Of a stretch of DNA of 64,000 bases, positions 13,117 through 24,946 are shown in pieces. The stretch is from Mobula hypostoma (lineage: Eukaryota). How positions within the stretch are numbered: the stretch's first letter is position 1; each line of letters starts with the position of its first letter. The stretch is from positions 38,442,001 through 38,506,000 of the forward strand of contig NC_086097.1 in NCBI RefSeq assembly GCF_963921235.1, given 5' to 3'. The position numbers and the translations under genes were made by a program. A model generated the notes under the pieces. That model was not told the DNA's origin and did not search any database. It saw only the letters and a program-made list of their open reading frames with translations.

Positions 13117-13549
13117 CTCTAGAACACTGTGGCTTCATTATGTACTATTCATAAAAGTACTCCAGATAGTTATTGTGGCTGCTCCTACTCTTGCTGCGAA
13201 TCACAAACTCTACCAACAAGGACGGAACAGCAAGTACTTCAAAATACCATCACGATATCCTGCAGGTTCTCGACTTAGAAAAATATCACCATTTTTATAT
13301 TGTCTTAGGGCGCAAATAGTAGAACTTTACATTTAGTACCACAATGGAAATACTTTTACCACATTGACTACATTAGTTCAAGGTAGGAATTTACCTCCAC
13401 CTCCTCAAAACCATCAAGAGAATACCAAATTGTATGACCCACTTCCAAAAAATAACATTTATTAAAAGTGATAAACAGCTGGAAGGTTTTGGACCTCATT
13501 ATCTAGAAGCGTCAAGAGATGGAAAGAATATTGGATTACCCATTAGATG

Positions 13550-15787
13550 AATAAAACTAAAATAGCATTGGAGAGGGATAAGAACAGACAAGTTAGGAAA
13601 GTGTTTAATTGGAGTAAGGGAAAATATGAAGCTATCAGGCAGGAACTTGGAAGCGTAAATTGGGAACAGACGTTCTCAGGGAAATGTAAGGCAGAAATGT
13701 GGCAAATGTTGAGGGGATATTTGCGTGGCATTCTGCATAGGTACGTTCCAATGAGACAGGGAAAGGATGGTAGGGTACAGGAACCATGGTGTACAAAGGC
13801 TGTTGAAAATCTAGTCAAGGAGAAAAGAAAAGCTTATGAAAGGTTCAAAAAACTAGGTAATAATAGAGATCTAGAAGATTATAAGGCTAGCAGGAAGGAG
13901 CTTAAGAATGAAATTAGGAGAGCCAGAAGGGGCCATGAGAAGGCCTTGGTGAGCAGGATTAAAGAAAACCCCAAGGAATTCCACAAGTATGTGAACAGCA
14001 AGAGGATAAGACATGAGAGAATAGGACCAATCAAGTGTGACAATGGAAAAGTGTGTATGGAACTGGAGGAGATAGCAGAGGTACTTAATGACTACTTTGC
14101 TTCAGTATTCACTACAGAAAAGGACCTTGGCAATTGTAGGGATGACTTATAGCGGATTGAAAAGCTTGAGCATATAGACATTAAGAAAGAGGATGTGCTG
14201 GACCTTTTGGAAAGCATCAAATTGGTTAAGTCTCCAGGACCAGACAAGATATACCCCAGGCTAATGTGGGAGGTGAGGGAGGAGATTGCTGAGCCTCTAG
14301 CAATGATCTTTGTATCATCAATGGCAACGGGGGAGGTTCTGGAGGATAGGAGGGTTGCAGATGTCGTTCATTTATTCAAGAAAGAGAGTAGAGATAGCCC
14401 AGGAAATTATAGACCAGTGAGTCTTACTTCAGTGGTTGGTAAGTTGATGGAAAAGATCCTGAGAGGCAGGATTTATGAACATTTGGAGAGGCATAATATG
14501 ATTAGGAATAGTCAGCATGGCTTTGTCAAAGGCAGGTCGTGCCTTACCAGACTGATTGAATTTTTTTGAGGATGTGATGATGAAGGAAGAGCAGTAGATG
14601 TAGTGTATATGGATTTCAGCAAGGCATTTGATAAAGTACCCCATGCAAGGCTTATTGAGAAAGTAAGGAGGCATGGGATACAGGGAGACCTTGCTTTGCA
14701 GATCCAGAATTAGCTTGCCTGCAGAAGGCAAAGAATGGTTGTAGATGGATCATATTCTGTATAGAGGTTGATGACCAGTGATGTGCCTCACCCATCTGTT
14801 CTGGGACCCCTTCTCTTTGTGATTTTCATAAATAACCTGGATGAGGAAGTGGAGGGATGGGTTAGTAAATTTGCTGATGACACAAAGGTTGGGAGTGTTG
14901 TGGATAGTGTGGAGGGCTGTCAGAGGTTACAGCAGGACATTGATAGGATGCAAAACTGGGCTGAGAAGTGGCAGATAGAGTTCAACCCAGATAAGTGTGA
15001 GGTGGTTTCATTTGGAATGTCAAGTATGATGGCAGAATATAGTATTAATGGTAAGACTCTTGGCAGTGTGGAGGATCAGAGGGATCTTGGGGTTCGTGTC
15101 CATAGGACACTCAGAAGCTGCTGCGCAGATTGACTCTGTAGTTAAGAAGGCATACGGTACATTGGCTTTCATCAACTGTGGGACTGAGTTCAAGAGCCGA
15201 GAGGTAACATTACAGCTATATAGGACCCTGGTCAGACCTCACTTGGCATACTGTGCTCAGCTTTGGTCACTTCACTAGAGGAAGGATGTGTTAACTATAG
15301 AAAGGGTGTAGAGGAGATTTACGAGGATGTTGTCTGGATTGGGGAGCATGCCTTACAAGAATAGGATGAGTGAACTTGGCCTTTTCTCCTTGGACCGACG
15401 GAGGTTAATAGGTGACCTGATAAAGGTATATAAGATGATAAGAAGAATTGATCATGTGGATAGTCAGAGGCTTTTTTCCCCAGGCTGAAATGGCTAAAAT
15501 GGCTATCGCAAGAGGGCACAGTTTTAAGGTGCTTGGAAGTAGGTACAGAGGAGGGGTCAAGGTTAAGTTATTTTATGCAGAGAGTGGTGAGTGCATGGAA
15601 TGGGCTGCCAGCGATGGTGGTGGAGGCAGATCCAATAGGGTCTTTTAAGAGATTCCTGGATGGGTACATGGAGCTTAGAGAAAGAGGGCTATGGGTAACC
15701 CTGGGTAATTTCTAAAGTAAGTACATGTTCAGCACAGCATTGTGGGCTAAAGGGCTTGTATTGTGCTGTAGTTTTTCAATGTATGTT
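13550..15787 (+). mobile_element. CR1 LINE, 5'-truncated, disrupted ORF2 (RT)
   Basis: ORFs with KSPGPDKIYPR, NYRPVSLTSVVGK, SQHGFVKGRSCLT, SKFADDTK; typical 3' UTR. Confidence 0.92.
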
Positions 15788-16211
15788 GCTCTCAAACATC
15801 ATCAGTTCCCAGCCTAATAAATGTGAATAGCAATATTGTGATGAACTACAGTGCCTATAAAAAGCATTCACCCTTTAATATAATAAAAAGTTTCCATGTT
15901 TTGTTATTTTACAACTTTGAATCACAGTGGATTTAACATGGCTTTTTTGAGACTGATCAACAGAAATAGTCTCTTTTGTGTCAAGTGAAAACAGATCTCT
16001 ACAAAGTGATCTAAATTAACTACAAATGTAAAACAGAAAATAATTGATTGCATAAGTATTCACCTCCTTTAATATGACACACTAAGTCATCACTGTAAAG
16101 CCAATTGGTTTTAGAAGTCATAATTAGTTAAATGGAGATCACCTGTGTGCAGTCAAGGTGTTTCAATTGATTGCAGTAAAAATACACCTGTATCTGGAAG
16201 GTCCGACTGCT

Positions 16212-18200
16212 CCTGAATTACAGGTAACAATAAAGAAATCTCTTACCAACTATTTATCAGTGTATACTGCAGAACTGGTTGCCAGCATTTTGGGCAACCA
16301 TTTGGAGGGAATCTGTCCTTGCAAAGATATAATTTGTTCCCCTTCTTGCAGTTCCTCTGTCTCCGCCGCATCTGCTCTCAGGATGAGGCTTTTCATTCCA
16401 GGACAAAGGAGATGTCCTTTTTTAAAGAAAGGGGCTTCCCTTTCTCCACCATCAACTCTGCTCTCAAACGCATCTCTCCCATTTCATGCACATTCTGCTC
16501 TCACCCCGTCCTCCCGCCACCCCACTAGGAATAGGGTTCCCCTTGTCTTCACCTACCACCCCACCAGCCTCTGGGTCCAACATATAATTCTCCATAACTT
16601 CCGCCACCTCCAACAGGATCGCACCACTAAGCACATCTTTCCCTACCCAGCCCCCCCCTTTCTGCTTTCTGCAGGGATCGCTCCCTACGCGACTCCCTTG
16701 TCCATTCGCCCCCCCCCATCCCTTCCCACCGATCTCCCTCCTGGCACTTATTCTTGTAAGCAGAACAAGTGCTACACATGCCCTTATACTTCCTCTCTCA
16801 CCACCATTCAGGGCCCCAGACAGTCCTTCCAGGTGAGGCAACACTTCACCTGTGAGTTGGCTGGTGTGATATACTGCATCCGATGCTCCCGATGTGGCCT
16901 ACTATATATTGGCAAGACCCGACGCAGACTGGCAGACGGTTTCGCTGAACACGCACGCTCTGTCCGCCAGAGAAAGCAGGATCTCCCAGTGGCCACACAT
17001 TTTAATTCCACGTCCCATTCCCATTCTGATATGTCTATCCACCACCTCCTCTACTGTAAAGATGAAGCCACACTCAGGTTGGAGGAACAACACCTTATAT
17101 TCCATCTGGGTAGCCTCCAACCTGACGGCATGAACACTGACTTCTCTAACTTCCGTTAATGCCCCACCTCCCCTTCATACCCCATCCGTTATTTATTTAT
17201 TTATTATGTTTTTTTTTCTCTCTCTCTCCTTTTTCTCCCTCTGTTCCTCTCACTATATTCCTTGCCCAACCTCTGGGCTTCCCCCCTCCCCCTTTCTTTC
17301 TCCCTAGGCCTCCGGTACCATGATCCCCTCATATTCCTTTGGCCAATCAACTTTCCAGCTCTTAGCTCCATCCCTCCCCCTCCTGTCTTCTCCTATCATT
17401 TCAGATCTCCCCCTCCCCCTTTCAAATCTCTTACTATCTCTTCTTTCAGTGAGTCGTGACGAAGGGTCTCGGCCCGAAACATCGACTGTACCTCTTCCTA
17501 TAGATGCTGCCTGGCCTGCTGCGTTCACCAGCAATTTTTATGTGTGCTGCTTGAAATTCCAGCATCTGCAGATTTGCTCGTGCTTGCATATAATTTGTTC
17601 AGATTCTTTTTCAGTTTTGACTAGTCTTAAAATATGTCATTCTAGCAGTAGGTCAGATTTACTGTTGGAAGCTCTTCAAACTTTATTTCACATTCAAAAT
17701 ATGTCTTCTGCTCATGGGTCCCTGCACAGAGGTATTGAGGGAAACAAGCAGGTTGATTGTCTGGCTAAAAAACCTGTTAAAAGTTCATCTGCAGATATAG
17801 ACCTTCCACCTAGTAAATCAGAAGCTGAGGGGTTGGTGAGGCTAAGAATTTGGGGATTATTGGCAAGACTTGTGGTAAGGGGTGACACCTGTACAGAATA
17901 CATAAAACTGTTGGATTGATGGGAGGAGGCAAGACAAGGAGGGAAGGACTTAGAATTGCGCATACTATGCTTAATTATTCCTTGTATCTTGTTGGAAAAC
18001 ATCACTCGAGGGGTGTAGGTTTGTCATTATAATGAAACAGTTGAACATATTTTACAATGTCAAGCATATAAGGCTGAAAGAAAGCAAATGCAGGCTGCAC
18101 TACTAGCTTTGGGGGTTGGCATTTTTCATTTAAAAACTTTACTAAGTTATGGAAGAGACTTTAATTTACTTCATAATATTTTCTTTCATTATTTAAAACA
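16212..18200 (+). mobile_element. RNase H-bearing LINE 3' fragment (I/Nimb group), split by a PLE
   Basis: Joined across the PLE TSD it reads SVYTAELVA..IICSDSFSVL..HRGIEGNKQVDCLAK (RNase H), then LRIAHTMLN..ETVEHILQC..YKAER (C-terminal Zn knuckle). Confidence 0.75.
16340..17587 (+). mobile_element. Penelope-like (Neptune-type) retroelement, 5'-truncated, with GIY-YIG endonuclease and 3' repeat
   Basis: CYTC…GVIYCIRCSRCGLLYIGKTRRRL…VATHFN…EQHLIFHLGSLQPDGMN. Perfect 13-bp TSD ATATAATTTGTTC (16327-16339 / 17588-17600). Hammerhead-like motif at 17452-17487. Confidence 0.92.
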
Positions 18201-18616
18201 GTAAAATATGAAAACTTCCAAAGGGGAGGATGTGAATACTTTTTATAGCCACTGTATATAGTTTAAAATAGCTCATCACTGTCTCACAAGGGCAATTAGG
18301 ATGGGGGTAAATGCTTGCCTTGCCAGTGACAAACAAATTCCTTCCTTCCTTCCTTCACTGGTATCAGAATAAACACAACTTTCAGCAATTTACCTTGCCC
18401 TCACAAAGTGCTGTTGGAGATGAGATTCCTGTTCTAGCACCAAATTCTGCAGAAATTTGCAATACAGAAAACAACATAATTTGGCCAACTGTGCCTAAAT
18501 TTTCTACCTCTTAATCTGCAGCTTCACAGAAAATGGTCATATATTCCAATACACAATATTCTATAGATTCACAAGTAAAAATATTCCACAATGCAGATTT
18601 CCTGTTAACATGTTTT

Positions 18617-19256
18617 TAGGTTAGATTATGAGGACACGCAGTCCTCTTTTATTGTCATTTAGTAATGCATGCATTAAGAAATGATACAATGTTCCTCCAG
18701 TATGATATCACAGAAACACAAGACAGACCAAGACTGAAAAACTGACAAAAACCACATAATTATAACATATAGTTACAACAGTGCAAAGCAGTACCATAAT
18801 TTGATAAAGAACAGACCATGGGCACGGTAAAAAAAGTCTCAAAGTCTCTCGAAAGTCCTATCATCCCACGCAGATGGTTATAGGAAGAAAAACTCTCCAT
18901 GCCATGAACCTCCAGCACTGCAAACTTGCCGATGCAGCACCCTGGAAGCACCCGACCACAGCCGACTCTTGAGTCCGTCCGAAAACTTCGAGCCTCCGAC
19001 ACTGAGCACCATCTCTGCCGAGCACTTCGACCCCGGCCCCGGCAACAGGCAAAGCCGAGGATTTGGGGCCTTCCCCTCTGCAGATTCTCGATCGCACAGT
19101 AGCAGCGGCAGCGAAGCGGGCATTTCAGAAGTTTCTCCAGACGTTCCTCCATGCTTCTCACGTCTGTCTCCATCAAATCAGAATTGTGCACAGTACCTAC
19201 TTAACAAATACAGATATCATTCCGGAGCCATCACGCTGCCATCTTCTCCTCCCCTC
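18617..19256 (-). mobile_element. Unclassified ~640 bp non-autonomous retroposon (copy 1)
   Basis: Starts GGAGAAGATGGCAGCG and ends AATAAAAGAGGACTGCGTGTCCTCATAATCTAA on minus; homologous to 43963-44600. Confidence 0.7.
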
Positions 19257-19374
19257 CTTTCATGGAATTTTTCATGTTCCATTGGAGTTTTTCCTTCAAA
19301 ACTGCAATTTTACCTTTTCAGAGAATGTGCATTGCAACTACTGTTTAAAATATGAAAAATAATTATAAGCTTAC

Positions 19375-19417
19375 CTGCATAAGCCCCAAGCTCTTGCAGT
19401 TTTCCCTTAATAGCAGT
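19375..19417 (-). CDS. ZC3H14: ZC3H14 coding exon 2 (TAIKGKLQELGAYA-D)
   Basis: tttcag|ACT...GCA G|gtaagc; 43 nt, phase 0 to 1; matches ZC3H14 SAIKGKLQELGAYVD. Confidence 0.95.
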
Positions 19418-20886
19418 CTGAAAGTACAAGTAAAATACATTTAAGCACATTAAATACCAGAGATTTATATAACATTGCAAGCAAAACATTGCATTGATTA
19501 ATCAGATTTTAAAGAATAACATCTTGTATTTACACATAGTAGCTTCAAAAACTTACAGTTTACGTCACTCACTTAAGTGTTGGGTGAGGAAATTAGAACT
19601 AATATATGCAGAAAATGGGGCAATAAATGATTATTTTTAGTCTAAACTATATGGACATCATTTAGGAAAACTTGGTAATTTTTTTTGGAAAACCGTGTCA
19701 AAATTTCATACATAGTACTTAGAATTTCTATACTTAGAAATTCAAGTAATTTGCCCTATTCTGGAACACTCATACAATTTCACATTGACCTTCCTTTGCC
19801 AAAGTCCAAACCCTTGGAGAAATTAATTTCTTAAGAAATTCCTACACGTTCTGCAGAAATACAAGATTTTAGGCCAACTTAAAACACAGGTGCTCACTCA
19901 AACATTTGATGCCACAACTTGGGTTTAAAAAGCACTCTCATGGCTGAAGAGATGAGTTTGGGAAAGTCTTTAACGCATATTTGGGATTTAGAGGAGGATA
20001 TCTGTCCAAAGAAGTTGCAAGAAAATGTGAAGACACAACTGAGTGAACCCAGGTGGGTAATTGTGCCTTCAGCTAGTTTGATCTTCTGATCAAACACCCA
20101 CCTTCCGTTTGCTTCTCCACCTAATTTGCTTCTTGCAAGATATTTCATAAAACTCATATTCTCTTACCTGAAAGTTCACTTTCTCAAGTGTCTCATAAGA
20201 GTTTCATAATTAAAGTATTATTTAAAAGCAAGTTGTTGAAAATTAATCCTAGACAGTGAATACTTAATGCATCATTTCTAAAGAGAGAAAATCATGAATG
20301 GCATAGGTAAGGGATGAAAATGGATAGGAGCTTGATAGCAATTTTACCTTTTTTTTTTATACACACAAGGTAGGAGCCATAAATCTATTTTTTTCTATCT
20401 GTACTGTATTTTGTGTTACATATTTTATTATGGGTTACAGTAATTTGTCCCATGGGTGTTAGACGTGCTAGAAGTAAAGTCACGTATCCACCCTTTATGC
20501 TGTTTAGTTTAGTTTAGATAGAGACTTAGAGATGGACTTTTTTTGTTGACTGCTTATTACACTAATTCTGCAAACTTTGTTAATATCGTTAATTATGCTA
20601 TCACTATTTTTGATTGTTCATCTTTGCTAGTTTCGTAATAAGGAATTGAACATACTTTCTTTCATTTGAAACTCAGTTATTTGGAAGCACTTCACACAAT
20701 GTCAATTCTATCACTCAGCATCAAAGCAGTTTACGTTTGTTTCTTAAGTAGCCACTACAATATGGAATGAACTGTCAGAGGTTGGGGCAGGTACAATAAC
20801 AACCAGCTATAATAGCATGATTGGGTTGGTTGGCATTGACCAGATGGGCCAAACAGCCTGCTTTATGATGCTGTATCAATCTCTCA

Positions 20887-21398
20887 AAGGCAAAAGACAC
20901 CTTTATGAGAATGAAGAGTATACTGACCAACACTAAACGAGGCATGATAACGCGTCTCAGAGCACTGAAATGTTACGTTTATCCAGTTATGTTATATGGC
21001 TCGGAATGTTGGACAATATCTAGTAACATGAGGAAACAAATTGAAGCAGCAGAGATGTGGTTTTTGAGGAGGATACAAAGAATATCATGGAGGAAACGAA
21101 TATCTAACAAGGATGTCATGAACAGAGTAAACACAAAAAGAGAAATAATGTATGAGATCATGAAAAGGCAACGTAACTTCATTGGACATGTGATTAGGAA
21201 AGAGGAGTTAGAATGCACGGTAATTATGGGAAAGATTGAAGGGAAGAAACCAAGAGGAAGACAAAGAAAAATGATGATGGAGACAGCAGCCAGAGAATTG
21301 GAAATGAATACCAATGAACTGATCCACTTGACCCGAAACAGGAGTGTGTGGGCCATGGCAGTCAAAGTTCAAACTGGGCACGGCACCTGATGATGATG
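20887..21398 (+). mobile_element. RTE-clade LINE 3' fragment, young
   Basis: Open ORF …PVMLYGSECWT…EAAEMWFLRR…GKIEGKKPRGRQR; (TGA)n tail; 12-bp TSD ATCAATCTCTCA (20875-20886 / 21399-21410). Confidence 0.9.
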
Positions 21399-21557
21399 AT
21401 CAATCTCTCACAGAATGTATTTTGTTATAATAGTACCAAAACTCATTCATGTAAAAATTACATTTTTGTATTATCAGGAAAAAACAATATTATGTAACTG
21501 AAGGACATACCATGAAAAGTTATTGAATAATAGTAATCAAAAAAGTCAATGTTGGAA

Positions 21558-21740
21558 ATCAGAAATAAAAACGGAATGCTGGAAATACGCAGCAGGTCAG
21601 GCATATCTGGAGAATGTAACTGGTCTTTCATCAGCACTGACCTGTCAGAGGGTCACTGATCCAGGCAGTTAATTCTCATTTTTCTCTGCACACATGCTGC
21701 CTGATCTCCTGTCTAATTCCAGTATTCTGTTCTTATTTGA
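21558..21740. mobile_element. Older PLE-terminal fold-back (MITE-like palindrome)
   Basis: aaataaaaacggaatgctggaaatacgcagcaggtcaggca … tgcctgatctcctgtctaattccagtattctgttcttattt form inverted arms. Confidence 0.6.
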
Positions 21741-22019
21741 CTGCACTGTGTTCCCATATAATGGAAAACTGCCCATAAACAAACAACTCTGCAAGATTTC
21801 AACTCCAAGAGAACAGAACAAAAAAAAAAGTAGCATCAAATGAGTCACATTTTGTCATCCCCTCGACAAATGAGAAATCCTGAAATACTTAGAGCTGTTT
21901 ATTCAGTGAACATTTTTGAAAAACCAGTATTTTCTTTAAAAACTATCCAACAACTTTTCAATGCTGTGTGGATTAATGCTTCCATTTCCATAATTATATA
22001 TGGTAATAGCTTCAAATCC

Positions 22020-22610
22020 AACAAAAAGTAATGCAATCACAAAGAAGGCACACTAATGGCTCTATATCACTTGAGTAGAGTTTGAGGAGATTTGGTATGC
22101 CACCAAAGACTCTTGCAAATTTCTGCAGATGTACAGTGCAGAGCATTCTAACTGGTTGCATCAGTGTCTGGTACGATGGCTTTGATGCACAGGACTGCAT
22201 GAGGCTGCAAACTCTTGTAGACTCAGCCAGTTCCATTACAGGTAAGGGCACAACTCCCCACACCATCGAGGTATCTCCAGGAGGCAACACCTCAGGAAGA
22301 CAACATCCATCATTAAAAATACTCACCATCTGGGACTTGCCCCTTCACGTCCCTACAATCATGGAGAAGGGACAGCAGCCTGAAGACCCACACTCAACAT
22401 TTTAAAAACAACTTCTTCCCCTCCACCATCAAATTTCTGAATGGTCTATGAACCTATAAGCATGACCTCATTATTCTTTCACACTATTTTGTAAATTGTT
22501 GTAAGTTTTATGTCTTGTATGGTACTGCTGCCACAAAACAACATATTTCACAACATAAACACGAGGAAATCTCACAACATATGTCAGTGATAATAAACCT
22601 GATTCTAATT
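22020..22610 (+). mobile_element. Rex1/Babar LINE 3' fragment
   Basis: RRFGMPPKTLANFCRCTVQSILTGCISVWY motif and typical tail. Confidence 0.8.
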
Positions 22611-22739
22611 CTTATAAAACTATCAGCAACATCCAGCAACTGCACACATACATTAAGCAAGGATATACAGAAAATGCTGGATTACTTCTTAACATCTTCT
22701 CTGGACCCAATAAACTATTTTTATTTATATACACTGTCA

Positions 22740-23615
22740 ATCACCTAGGAGATTAAATACTGCTCCTGTGCAACTGCAGGATCTGCAACATCTTCGCTTT
22801 CCTTGTTCCTTCCCACCAGTGAGTTACCAAACAGTCCTTCTAGGTGGAACAGTATTTTATAATTTTTGAAATCAACTCTTCCTAGGAAAAGCATTTTCAT
22901 ACCTAAGATGGGGCCCTCGTACTTCCACCTGGACCCGCTTGCCCTCAACCTTCTCCACTGGCAGGATGAAATGCAGAGCAAACTAGAAGAACAATTCCTC
23001 ATGCTGTACCTGGGTAGTCTACAACCTAATGTCATGAATGCTGATATTCCAATTTCAGGTATCCTTTACCTCTATGCTTCCCTTCCTTCTCTCCTTCTGA
23101 TCCAACTCCAATCCTTTCATTTTCATTACCTTTCCCATAGTCCCATTTCTCTCCCCTTCCCCCTCTTGGTTCCATCAATCAACTACCGTCACATTTCACC
23201 CACTGGATACTGCCTCCTGTCTGGTTCTATCTGCCCTTCTTCTTTTCCCAAATGGTTGTCATTATCACCTTGCTTACTTAACAGATCCCAGCACTGGTAG
23301 CCTTTGTGTTCCCACTTATTACCATCCTAGTTGTCTCCACATTCACCCTCCCCACCTCCTACCTGGTCCTGCCTGTGCTCCTTTTCACCTGCTTCCACTC
23401 TTCTGTTCCAACCCCACCCCCAAGCTGGCTCCAATCTGCACATCATCCATTCACCCTCCTCAGTCCTTCTGGCGCTTGTTTCACTCCTCTTTATACTCTT
23501 CCCTCTCCACTCTCAGTCCTGATGCAGAGTTTGAAATTGAAAGGTCAACAATTTGTCCCCTCACAAACGCTGCCTGACCCGCAGAGATTTTCCAACAGAT
23601 TGTCTGTTACTCAGA
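22740..23615 (+). mobile_element. Decayed Penelope-like element
   Basis: KLEEQFLMLYLGSLQPNVMN (GIY-YIG C-terminus), pyrimidine-rich UTR, decayed hammerhead (~23514-23550). Confidence 0.7.
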
Positions 23616-23849
23616 ACATTTTTGCTATTTAACAGGGTAGTTTTCATGAATTAATTTGCAGATAGATCTCAAATTCAGACATAGTAAGGATATTTTAAAC
23701 ATTCTTAAATCAGTAGTTTTGCTGGTGGTTGAGATACATCACAAAAATGTAATTAACAAATATTCCTTAAAGTATGTCTCATCTTCCTCACCTCTCATTT
23801 CTAACCTGTAATAGGTAGGAAGCCTTTTTACTTTGATAAGGAGAAGTAT

Positions 23850-24915
23850 TCAAAGTTTAAAGGAAATTTATTATCAAAGCACATATACATTAACATATAC
23901 GTTAATATATACAACCCTGAAATTAATTTTCTTGAGGGCAATCACAGTAAATACAAGACAACAGAATCAATGAAAGACCACACCCAACAGGATGGACAAC
24001 AACCAATGTGCAAAAAATCTGGGCAAATAGAGAAAAATAATATTAATAATATATAAGTAACCAATAAATATTGAGAACATGAGATGAATTGTCCTTGAAA
24101 GTGAGTGCATAGGTTGTGAGAACAGTTCAGTGACAAGTCAAGTGAAGTTATCTGCTTTGGTTCAAGAGCCTGATGGTTAAGGGGTAATAACTGTTCCTGA
24201 ACCTGGTGGCATGGGTTTTGTAGCTCCTATACCTTCTTCCTGATGACAGCAGTGAGAAGAGAGCATGACCTGGATGGTGGGGGTCCTTGATGGATGCTGC
24301 TTTCCTGAGACAGTGCTCCATGTAGATGTGCTCAATGGCGGTGAAGGGTTTTACCTGTGATGGTCTGGACCATATCCACTTCTTTTTGTAGTGTTTTCCA
24401 TACAAGGCCATTGGCTGTGATGCAACCAGTCAATATACTCGCCACCAGGCCGGCTGGTGGCACAATGACATCGGCGCCAGACCCGGGAGTGGAGGTTCCC
24501 GGGTTTGAAACCAGTCGGGTCTCTCCCGAGTACGCTTTCCATCCGTGCCAGGTTGAGTGTCGAGATCGCAACTTAACCTCGTAAAATAAAGGGAAAATAC
24601 TGCAAAAATGTCTGCGTGAGGAGCGGCGCATCACACAGTCTCTCTCTCTCTCTCTCTCTCATTCCGCACCTTGTAAAAAGACATCATCACGGATGCACGC
24701 ACACACACAGACACGCACGCATGCACACGCAGACACACACGCACAGACTCGCACGCACGCAGGCACGTGCCAAAAAATATATATACACACACACACATAT
24801 ATTCACCACTGCACATCTGTAGAAGTTTGTCAATGTTTTAGATGACATGCTGATCTTCACAAGCTTCTAAGAAGGTAGAGGTGCTGCCATGCTTTCTCTG
24901 TAATGGCACTTACGT
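23850..24915 (-). mobile_element. Rex1/Babar LINE 3' fragment interrupted by a tRNA-SINE
   Basis: ORF 24148..24411 KAASIKDPHHPGHALFSLLSSGRRYRS…RFRNSYYP. Confidence 0.8.
24448..24795 (+). mobile_element. tRNA-derived SINE with (CT)n/(CA)n tail
   Basis: A-box-like TGGCACAATGAC, B-box-like GGTTTGAAACC. Degenerate TSD ATATACTCGCCAC / ATATATTCACCAC. Confidence 0.7.
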
Positions 24916-24946
24916 GATTCTTTCCCTTACTCACATGGTACATCTA

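Larger units (their letters stand above)
15849..18254. mobile_element. Tc1-like element shell (transposase missing) enclosing LINE and PLE insertions
   Basis: TA|CAGTGCCTATAAAAAGCATTCAC ... GTGAATACTTTTTATAGCCACTG|TA terminal inverted repeats with TA TSD. Confidence 0.8.

Noticed and set aside
16158..17159. 333-aa ORF as a host gene
   Set aside because: Chance read-through across Tc1, LINE and PLE junctions. It starts at GTG and its middle part is out of the true PLE frame.
18760..19362. Cluster of 78-143 aa ORFs (also 44142-44602 and 53989-54593)
   Set aside because: All fall inside GC-rich repeats where stop codons are scarce.
19940..20052. Plus-strand ATG-to-donor segment MAEEMSLGKSLTHIWDLEEDICPKKLQENVKTQLSEP|gtgggt as the first exon of an antisense gene
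   Set aside because: No recognisable homology and no downstream exon or promoter found.
24448..24520. tRNA gene
   Set aside because: A/B boxes are present but no clean cloverleaf is evident. It continues into a SINE body with microsatellite tail and TSD.
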